A DNA stretch of 64,000 bases from a virus: IMG/VR virus record IMGVR_UViG_3300042691_030495; one strand, written 5' to 3'. The translations under genes were made by a program, and so were the position numbers. A model generated the notes under the pieces. That model worked only from the letters and a program-made list of their open reading frames with translations. It was not told the origin of the DNA and ran no database searches. Shown piece by piece: positions 25,401 through 33,400 of this stretch; within the stretch, counting starts at the first letter, position 1, and each line of letters begins with the position of its first letter.

Positions 25401-27915
25401 CAACTCTCAGGTTGCGGAAGGTGTATTAGAACGTCAAGACCTAGATGAGATGGCTAGCTTCCTGCAGAACCCTAAGTACAAGGATGCTCACGACGAAGTC
25501 CGTGATGTTTACGATGAGCTCAACTCAAAGTACTTTGAGCAGGCTCCTGGATCAGGAGAGATCGAGGCCACAGAAGGCGGAAATGCTTCCTACAAAGGAC
25601 CAGATGGATCTACTGGATCTATAAAGTCCGACGGCTCCGGCACCTGGGAAGGCTCCTTCACAGACGCTGAGGGAGAAGTCTCCACCAGAAAGTTTAAAGC
25701 AGAAGATAAAGCTGCTGCTTGGCTACAGAAAAAAGTAGACGACTCTAAATTAGCTGCGTTTAAGAAAGAAAATGGCGGGCTATCTCCAAAGCAGCTCGAG
25801 CCAGCTACCTCTAAGCAGTATGACCTACTGCAGGAACTTTTTGACGAGCGCGACGAGATTGATTCTCTAACTTCTGACGCCATCAAAGATGCTCTAGACA
25901 ACCGCAACCTTTCTAAGTCTCAGATTTCTGCCCTATTTGGCGATCTTCAGAAGAAGCCGTTCAAGCCAGGAGTAGACTCCACTAAGCCAACCGACAGAAT
26001 GTTGAACTCTCTACAGGGCTACCTGACTACAAAGCAGATTTCTCCAGAAGAGCTAGACGACATCCTCAGTCAGCTTGAGGCAGGACTAGACCGCCCTGGC
26101 ATCGAGGCCTTGACAAACAAGCTACGTCGTAAGCCAGATAACGCTGACGCAGCTGGCCTTGACCAAGATGTTAACTCCAAGATTGACCCCACTATGCCTG
26201 ACTCAGCAGTAGGTGCTGATGATGACATTAAGCAAGAAATTGAAGACGCTATTGAGCGCGCCCGTAGCGATCACGAGCGCCTATTTGACGAAATAAATGC
26301 AAAAGAAGAAGACGGAGAGATAACTCCGGAAGAGGCAGAGTCCCAGCGGGATGAGCTAGAGCAGGGCTTGGAGCAGTTCCAGTGGGCTGCCCGTAGACGC
26401 TACTACGATTATCTTTGGGAGACCGGAGAGTTCAACGAAGCGTACAACGATGTTCTAGAAGCATGGAACTCGCAGAGTTTCCGCGATGAGGAAAGAGATA
26501 GAGCTTCACTATTTGACGAAGAAAACGAAGAGGATGAGGGATTAGACCAAGACGCTCCAACCAAGCCTCTCACCGAAAAGCAGCTAGAGCCAGCTTCTGA
26601 CGCTCAGTACAACTACCTACAGAGTCTTGTTGAATCCAAGATGAATGTAGACGCTGACACTGCCGCCGCTGTTGCTGAAGCAGCTACTAACAAGAACCTA
26701 AGCAAGGCTCAGGCCGGTGCTCTTATTGGCAAGCTCCGTGTTCTAGATGACAAAGAAAATCTTGGTCAGTACGGCAAGCCTTCTCAAAAGATGATTGACT
26801 CGGTTAATCGCGACGTCTACGCTAAGGGACTTTCCGAAGAAGACAGAAACGAGATTTTAAAAGATCTTGACAGCTTGTCTAAGGCTGATGTCTCAAGCAT
26901 CATAAGCCAGCTCAAGGAGATGCCAAACGTTCCTGGAGGTCTCGACAACTACATCAAGTCTTTAGTTGAAGATGGAGATCTTGAGGCACTTAAGAGACTA
27001 AGAGCTGACGTTAGAAATGAAGACTCCTTCTCTGTATTAGACAAAGCTATAGCTGATGTCGAGGCCGGAAACACTCCTGGACTAGATCAGGCTGCTCCTT
27101 CAGCTCCGGCTTCAGGACCTCTCTATGACAGGGACGAAGCTTCGAACCTACTAGACGAGATAAAAGCGGCTGAAGACGCTGGTGAAATTGGTAGCACCTT
27201 CTTGCCAACAGACTCTCTTAAGGATTTTGACCCTGAAGACATCGGAGATGCGGCTAGCATGTATGTCGAGTTAGACGATGCTATCGGCAATGTTGGAGAG
27301 GGCAGCTTAAGACAGAAGCTAGAGCAGTTTGCTGAAAAACTACTCAGCAGCATCCAGTCTAGGCTTGGCCCAGTTGAGTCCGCTAAGCGCGACAGCGATG
27401 ATATCGGAAGCGAATTAGAGTTTGATCGCACTTCTAGAAGAGCTAACGATCTTGTTGAGTTCTACTACCCCTCAGAAGGTATCGCTTTTGACCAGCTAAA
27501 TGAGCCAGGAAACAGCAATGTTGGAGACAACAGAGGCGGCGGCTGGGAAGCACGAGTTGCTCTAGACGAAGATGAAGAAGAGGAAACTTGGGTTGCAACC
27601 TTAACCTCTCCCGAAAACGACAGCCAAAACGAGCAAAGAAGTTTTGACAACCAAGAAGACGCGGCTCGCTGGGCAGCAGAAAACTTAGAGTCTAATAATA
27701 ACGAGCTTTTGCCATCAGAATTAGATGAGTTTTTGAGTGGACAAATCTTCTCGACTTATGCTGACAACCCTCAGGCGCTAATCTCTAAGCTGAACGACAT
27801 AGCTGAGTGGTTCCGAGGAACCCGTAGAGGCGACGGAGAAGACGTAGCTAGGGGAATCCTAGAATACGTAGATCGACTAGAAAACCTTCTTGGAGACTCT
27901 GCCCCAAAAGCGTAG
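22474..27915 (+). CDS. giant acidic modular (polyvalent) head-associated protein with G[LF]DQ linkers
   Basis: 1813 aa between portal and protease; seven G[LF]DQ[DA] plus variants; internal domain repeats. Confidence 0.85.
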   Translation: MSQAFDSLLAKIENYYSDADYTVQDAEHLSRIAISEYASTQNALVASARQLSNNSVQKIIDLTINKHITADPSEWMLFAANAVDNVINYSQRGVLASGLSDFTDFLPVGHPSRTNRGAMTASALNQATALWTAADPRIASDEARYDTYKAYASQPGSVEADYAAYKLSALVAAGYVPEDISLPITAAFRMSFAMRSAMSKALAAVRRRHRDGRFAEEFGRLKGFFSRGDGSIFSENGRIVGAERGTNNFEVEFSGSDEIPDGIYTIDAAKTDSVKAVLSKRALKGVKGKRSIAVPTQAERDAAIPLDEFIKTKKDAPEGWTKNEDGSFTSKTGQTLRQVDTRPEGDYMFEGAGESGAEDPNEPFFELTDRDGEIIGVAQDWAGANKIALTYDAFEEDSKPEPEEPGLDQDAPASDQEDPTAIGKPEDPRAAAIEDLVSNLDSAEARREFERMERRDGSWLDSEQPSIDAYGPDDKNLNWNAEYDKTTKDLIEKIFSDPAVVEARNDRPLAKTQEGDPEDWELDNWYQEVGAAISWAAKKYAEEAAPGLDQDAPRSLNEPEDSAVDIGPDLERTDSGDLEYYSDTAGADISKVGDKWQLVKSGFEDIEQHPRGVYQYEDTKMFDSEQEAIAEAQKWIDLGKSSDFYDFMYNDWFDGQADGLDQDAKNPNWFEDAIDFDAIDNQDSWKDLGGGSREYTSPDGKLKLTFEPDGDSDGEGGLVDASGITVEYDGQSVGSFKATERDLTSPGEVADALSRTLAEANFNPNDLIKFDDFGNYGFERESGLGTVSISKKYDPNTKKLQWEVTKEARDLIDENVEHSFFEQKKFDSLDDARAFAEEFAQILNDDDKFSKFLNDDWADRDYDYGFDQAGGSTTDTVKQLADGYNITPRVEIVYNSNTKQYERSVNSNEFEADGDFYDFGSAVVNLSEYAPGKWVATIFYGDRDGSGQDTLELEQDFNSPEEAFEWVANGFGKGFDNSQVAEGVLERQDLDEMASFLQNPKYKDAHDEVRDVYDELNSKYFEQAPGSGEIEATEGGNASYKGPDGSTGSIKSDGSGTWEGSFTDAEGEVSTRKFKAEDKAAAWLQKKVDDSKLAAFKKENGGLSPKQLEPATSKQYDLLQELFDERDEIDSLTSDAIKDALDNRNLSKSQISALFGDLQKKPFKPGVDSTKPTDRMLNSLQGYLTTKQISPEELDDILSQLEAGLDRPGIEALTNKLRRKPDNADAAGLDQDVNSKIDPTMPDSAVGADDDIKQEIEDAIERARSDHERLFDEINAKEEDGEITPEEAESQRDELEQGLEQFQWAARRRYYDYLWETGEFNEAYNDVLEAWNSQSFRDEERDRASLFDEENEEDEGLDQDAPTKPLTEKQLEPASDAQYNYLQSLVESKMNVDADTAAAVAEAATNKNLSKAQAGALIGKLRVLDDKENLGQYGKPSQKMIDSVNRDVYAKGLSEEDRNEILKDLDSLSKADVSSIISQLKEMPNVPGGLDNYIKSLVEDGDLEALKRLRADVRNEDSFSVLDKAIADVEAGNTPGLDQAAPSAPASGPLYDRDEASNLLDEIKAAEDAGEIGSTFLPTDSLKDFDPEDIGDAASMYVELDDAIGNVGEGSLRQKLEQFAEKLLSSIQSRLGPVESAKRDSDDIGSELEFDRTSRRANDLVEFYYPSEGIAFDQLNEPGNSNVGDNRGGGWEARVALDEDEEEETWVATLTSPENDSQNEQRSFDNQEDAARWAAENLESNNNELLPSELDEFLSGQIFSTYADNPQALISKLNDIAEWFRGTRRGDGEDVARGILEYVDRLENLLGDSAPKA

Positions 27916-27933
27916 CCCCCAGCGAGGGGGCTG
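27903..27933 (+). promoter_or_regulatory. programmed -1 ribosomal frameshift signal
   Basis: In-frame heptamer C CCA AAA (27903-27909) then hairpin AGCCCCC-agcga-GGGGGCT (27914-27932). Confidence 0.8.
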
Positions 27934-30221
27934 ACAGTGGTGTTGGTCTAGATCAAGATGCCGCGGCTATTGACAGAATTAACAAGGTTCTAGCTAAGTA
28001 TCGCCCTGAGCCAGCGCCAAGCAACTCTGTACGTCCTGCGGTAGCAGTGGGCGAGCCAGGATCTAAAGCTAACCCACTCAAGCTAGATGACGAGCAGCTA
28101 CAAGAAAAAACTACACAGGTCACTAAAACCAACCTAGCTGCTTCAATTTCAGTTCTTTCTGAACTATATGACGCTTTTGATAATGTTAAAAAATTCGCAT
28201 TTTGGCGAAGAAAATGGGACCGCAACGCTACTAGGCCTATACCAGTAAACCCTGGTACTGGAGCCTACTACAAAGGTCCCAACGTGTTTGCTTTAGAAGA
28301 GGCAGCGGCTAAGAACGGATTTAGCGACCCTCGTTGGATGACCGCTCAGCAAATACTAAATATGGGTGGGTCAGTTCCTAGCGGTACCAAAGGTACACAA
28401 ATCCTAGTCCCTCAGGTTTTGGTTACTGATGTCAAAGGCAAAGTTGTAGAGCTGTATGAGTTTATGAAGGTTACTGTTTTTAATGGCGACCAGGTCGATG
28501 GAATCCCGTCATATAACCAAGATGACAACAAATCATATACTCCAGAAGAAGCTGCGAATATTCTTTTAGACCGCCTACGCGAAGCCTCTGAGATCAGAGA
28601 CACCGGACAACCAAATGTATTTGGGATTCAGCTTGATGAAGATCAAAATCCTCGATGGATGCCAAACTACGGTTCTTTTCAGCCTGAAAAAATACGACTA
28701 CCGCTTAGAGCAAATTTTGAGGATGACGAAGAGTGGTTTAACACTCTAGCTCACGAACTTATCCACTCTACGGGTAAACTTAACCGACTTGATAGAAAAG
28801 AACTAGATAAAGCTTTTGAAGGTGATGACTCAAGTAGGGCGGAGGAAGAGCTTACTGCAGAGCTAGGTGCCATGATTTTAAGTCGAATGTTTGGAATAGG
28901 TTCTGATTCTAAAAACTCTACAGCATACTTACTTAACCACTTAAAAAATGTTAAAGAGCAAGATCGCAACAACGCTGTAACCGCTGCAGTGTCTAGAGCA
29001 CAGGTTGCGGTTGAGTACTTACTGGGGAATGATGTTTTGCCTCAGTGGGACCCACTAAAGACTAAGGTCTTCCCAACCATACAGTCTGAAAGATTAGATG
29101 TCACTACTCCAAAAGCTTCAAGCTTAAACCCAGACCCAACTCCTGACTTTGTTGATGCCCAGTTAGCTGGCTTTGATCAGGCAGTAGGAGAGGAGTCAGT
29201 CGACCAGGGTAAGTCAATATCAAACAGCAAAGACGCCAAAGAAAAAGTTCTGTCTAGCCTGTTAGAAAAAATTAAAGAAGGTAAGACTCCTTGGCGTAAA
29301 CCGTTTAAAGAAGGATCAAACTTTGCAGGAGCAGACTTACCTAGAAACCCAGCATCAAAGCATATCTACAATGGCATAAACGCGATGGTTCTAAGACTAA
29401 ACCAGCAGCTTTCTGGATATGACGACCCTCGTTGGATGACATACAAGCAAGCTCAGGATCTCGGTGGAAACGTTAGAAAAGGCGAGAAGGGTGTTCCAAT
29501 TCTTATACCTTTCAAGCAGGTTCGCAAAGAGAAAGATTCTGCAACTGGACAAGAAGTAGTTACCGGTAGCTTTATAAGATTTGGAACCGGAACAGTCTTT
29601 AACGTCTCTCAGATTGATGGCATTACTCTTCCTACTGCTAAAGAAGAGGCAGGAGAACCAAAGACTCCTCTAGAGGCTCAAGAATTTATTTTAGAGCGCT
29701 ACAAAAAGTCTATGGAAGCTAAAGGTCTAAAGACACCAGAAGTTGAGTACACCTACATTGGAGAGTACGGGAACCACGCTTCTTCTCCAAACTGGAGTCC
29801 TTCTCTAGATAGAATTACACTTCCAACCAAGGAGCAGTTCAACAGTCCAGAAGACATGTTTGACACTATTGCCCACGAGCTAGCCCACAGCACGGGACAC
29901 AAGGATCGCCTAGATAGGACAGAACTTACCAGCAAGTATGGATCTGATAGCGCCGCTCGCGGCCAAGAGGAGCTCATAGCTGAGATAGCAGCTGCTATTT
30001 TGGCGAGCATGTTTGGAGTCAATAGCGACTTTGATAACACTGCAGCTTACGTAAAGAGCTGGCTTGCAGCCCTAAAGGATGACCCTAACATGGTTACCCT
30101 ATCCTCCTCAGAAGCCCAGAAGGTAGTAGACTACATACTAGGCATGGATCTAGGAGACTGGAGTCCAATAGAAGGCTACAAATCTACAGTTACTAAAAAA
30201 GATGGAGACTCAGATGAGTGA
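27909..30221 (+). CDS. ardC: tandem ArdC-like units (ssDNA-binding domain plus zincin HExxH peptidase, x2); probably the -1 frameshift extension of 22474-27915
   Basis: PWRKP...YNGIN...DPRWMTYKQ...GGNVRKGEKG; HELIH and HELAH; EEL.AE; frame open back to slip site and encodes GLDQDA. Confidence 0.85.
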   Translation, partial: SVAPSEGADSGVGLDQDAAAIDRINKVLAKYRPEPAPSNSVRPAVAVGEPGSKANPLKLDDEQLQEKTTQVTKTNLAASISVLSELYDAFDNVKKFAFWRRKWDRNATRPIPVNPGTGAYYKGPNVFALEEAAAKNGFSDPRWMTAQQILNMGGSVPSGTKGTQILVPQVLVTDVKGKVVELYEFMKVTVFNGDQVDGIPSYNQDDNKSYTPEEAANILLDRLREASEIRDTGQPNVFGIQLDEDQNPRWMPNYGSFQPEKIRLPLRANFEDDEEWFNTLAHELIHSTGKLNRLDRKELDKAFEGDDSSRAEEELTAELGAMILSRMFGIGSDSKNSTAYLLNHLKNVKEQDRNNAVTAAVSRAQVAVEYLLGNDVLPQWDPLKTKVFPTIQSERLDVTTPKASSLNPDPTPDFVDAQLAGFDQAVGEESVDQGKSISNSKDAKEKVLSSLLEKIKEGKTPWRKPFKEGSNFAGADLPRNPASKHIYNGINAMVLRLNQQLSGYDDPRWMTYKQAQDLGGNVRKGEKGVPILIPFKQVRKEKDSATGQEVVTGSFIRFGTGTVFNVSQIDGITLPTAKEEAGEPKTPLEAQEFILERYKKSMEAKGLKTPEVEYTYIGEYGNHASSPNWSPSLDRITLPTKEQFNSPEDMFDTIAHELAHSTGHKDRLDRTELTSKYGSDSAARGQEELIAEIAAAILASMFGVNSDFDNTAAYVKSWLAALKDDPNMVTLSSSEAQKVVDYILGMDLGDWSPIEGYKSTVTKKDGDSDE

Positions 30222-30381
30222 AAAGAAACCAGACATCCTAGGTGGTTACACTGAAAATGATCCAGAATACTGGGCACTTTTAGCAAAGATCATAGGGAAC
30301 CCTGTGCCAGAGTACGAAGACGACAGCGAGTTCGTTGACGAAAATGGCGTTGTCATAAAAGACATAAAGCCCGCTGAATAA
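30214..30381 (+). CDS. small acidic hypothetical protein (55 aa)
   Basis: SD GGAG; overlaps upstream stop; not in ORF track. Confidence 0.6.
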   Translation: MSEKKPDILGGYTENDPEYWALLAKIIGNPVPEYEDDSEFVDENGVVIKDIKPAE

Positions 30382-30439
30382 ATCACTTATAAAAATAACG
30401 GGTAATATTGACCTAGGGTCTACAATCTATAGGATTTGA

Positions 30440-33400
30440 ATGAATAACCTAATTGGCCGCTCTGGCAGCTTGTCTCTCTATGCTAATAACGAGCATGGAG
30501 TGATTATTGACTCCTCCATCGGAGCAGTTGTTGCTAGTGGTGCTGCTTCTGACGTTTACTTCCTTGAGAGCTGGGATCTTCCGACTGATCCGGGGGCTAA
30601 AGCTGAAATTCTATTAGCTGAAAAAGCCTTGAGCGCTCTTGAAGAAAAAGCTATTGTTGCTGCCGCCGACAGAATGTACACAATTCCGAAAACTGTACAG
30701 GCTGAAGCTAAGAAAGCTTTAGAGTGGCGCAAAGAAGAGAACCGTGGGGGAACTCCTGTAGGTCTTAACACTGCTCGCACTCTTGCAAAAGGCGGTCAGA
30801 TTGGCATTCGTAAGATTCGCCACATTGCAAAATACTTCCCTCGTCATGAGGTAGACAAAAAAGGCAAGGGCTGGAAGCCTGGCCAAGAAAACTATCCATC
30901 TAACGGACGCATCGCGTGGGCACTCTGGGGTGGAGATGCAGCATGGCGCTGGGCACGCACAATTGTAGAGCGTGAAAACAAAAAGCCTGTAACTTCAGGG
31001 GGCTACTACCCAGGGCAGACAAACTTCGAAACAAGCTCGGAAGATATAAATCCATTTAAATACGCTAACGATCTTGACATGCACTACGGACCTGAATTTT
31101 TAGTCAGAGTCTGCTTAGACGGTTCCGGAATGGATCGCCTATACATGGTTGACATCGACGGATCGATTTACGTGTGGGACGACTCTAACTGGGACAACAT
31201 GGGACATGTCGATGGTGATGTGTGGACATACGATCGTATGCTAGATGATGTTTACGATACTCAGGAAAAAACTCACGTAATTATCGACCCTCAGTCGGCT
31301 CTGCAAATAGCAGCACGCATGGCTGTAGATCCTGGTTGCAAAGTAACTATGTATGAGCTTGACCAGGATGAAGCAGCTCTTACTATGTCAGGGCTTCAGG
31401 ATGAAGACTGGGACTTTATAGACCAAGTAATTGTTGCAGCCGGTACAGCTGACCCAACGACATCCCAGGCAGATAAAGATGGTGACGGAGTACTAGACTC
31501 TGATTTCTTATCTGAAAAAGCAGAAAACCAACCTAGAGATGCACGCGGTCAATTTGCTGCTGCAGGTTCTAGGGTTATTGTTGGTGGCGACGCCCAGCGC
31601 GGGTCAGGTGTTATTACAAAAGTAGACAGCAAGACCGGAATGGTTTCCGTTCGACTTGACAGCGGAAAAGAAATTGAAGTAGACGCTAAGTACACCGAAG
31701 GCGAAAAAGGCTTTGTTGGCCCTAGAGCCGTACCTAAGACCGTAGCCCCATTAGACCTTTCTGGAATTATTGGAGAATCTAGAACTCCAATTAACATGCC
31801 TAATGCTCACCTTCCTGGAACGCTACCTCCGATGTCCAGTAGAGACATTGACAACATGCTTTACAACTGGCCTAAGTACGTATCTGACATGCGCAGTTCC
31901 TACAAGCCAGCAGACGCAGCAGACAAAGAACGAGTAAAAAAGACCTGGGGACTTGAAAAGTTTGCAGGAGAAAACTCTATTGTTGCCGCAGCGGAAACAG
32001 AAAAGACGCTAACTCCAGCTACCTCAGATGTTCCACCTAAATACCTAGCAATAGTTACAGAGGAAAATCCTCAGGACGTAGTAGATCTAGTTGCACTGGT
32101 TCCAGCCAGTGCTACCTCTACCGAGCCTATTGCCTACACTAGAGATGGTGACAAGTGGGTCCGCGACGATCAGACCATGGCTGACCTCCGCTCTTCAACA
32201 AAGCCGCCTGTTATTGAGCTAGACAAAGAGTCTCTAAATGATGTGCTTACTCAAATGTCTGAAACCGAAAAAGCCCCAACAAAGGGCATAGAAGAGTTTT
32301 CTACATTAAAAAATATTAATGCTATCTTTGATGCTTTTGTTGCAGCTGGCGGTTTAGACCGTAACCGAGGAAACGCGGAAGAGCTTCGCCGTTACTGGAC
32401 TTCAGGTAAGGGTGCAGCCAAGATCCGTTGGGGAACCCCGGGGGACTGGACTAGATGTGTTCGTCAGCTTTCTAAGTACATGGGACCTAGAGCTAAGGGT
32501 TACTGCCAGCTCAGACATAAGGATGCCACGGGAGTATATACAGGCAGTAGGCTAAACCCCGGAAGAGAAAACTCTATGGAATCCCAGATGTTTTCGTCCT
32601 TAGAAGATTTTAACCAGAAAGTTATAGCCCACTCTGAGCTTGTAGCTAGGGCCGCGCACGCTAAAGAAAGATTTGCTGTAACTGCAGGAGCAACTCCAAT
32701 GATGGACTCTGGCGCTAGGTTTACTATCCCTCTTTTGATACCAGAGGAGCTAGAGTCTGGCGATGGAAGAAAGTTCAAGAAGGACTCAATAACACTTAGA
32801 GAACTTCCGCTACCTTTGCTATGGCAAATTAAGACTGGAGAAGGTCACGCCGGATCTGTAGTTGTTGGTCGGATTGACTACATAGAGAGAACCGAGAACG
32901 GATTAGGCAACGCCTATGGAGTTTTTGACACTGGAGCTTACGGAAAAGAAGCTGAACGTCTAGTTAGGAATGGATTCCTACGTGGAGTCTCCGCCGACCT
33001 AGATCAGTTTGAGGCTAAAGAAGATAAGAAGCCTAAGCCTGAAGGTTCTGCGGAACTAGAAGACGAGGGAGAGATCGGCAAAGACAAACTCACGGTCAAT
33101 AGGGCACGCGTAATGGCTGCTACAATTGTAGCAAAGCCTGCATTCCAGGAATGCACTATTTCTATTGACGAATCAGGCTACCAGGAGGAAGAAAACATGC
33201 CCCTAACCGACGGTCTCTATGAGGAGACAATTGACTCTACCGTCGTGCCGCTAGTTGCCTCAGGATTTTTAGATTCAGAGATTCCTGTAGTTCCACCACA
33301 GGACTGGTTCGAAAACCCTAATCTAACTAAGCCAACCCCTCTAACTGTAGACCCAAGCGGTCGCATTTATGGTCACATTGCAGCATGGCACGTAAACCAC

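Noticed and set aside
27913-27951. Stop-codon readthrough of the TAG ending the 1813-aa ORF
   Set aside because: The zero frame hits another TAG 12 codons later; the GLDQ motif and ArdC domains are in the -1 frame
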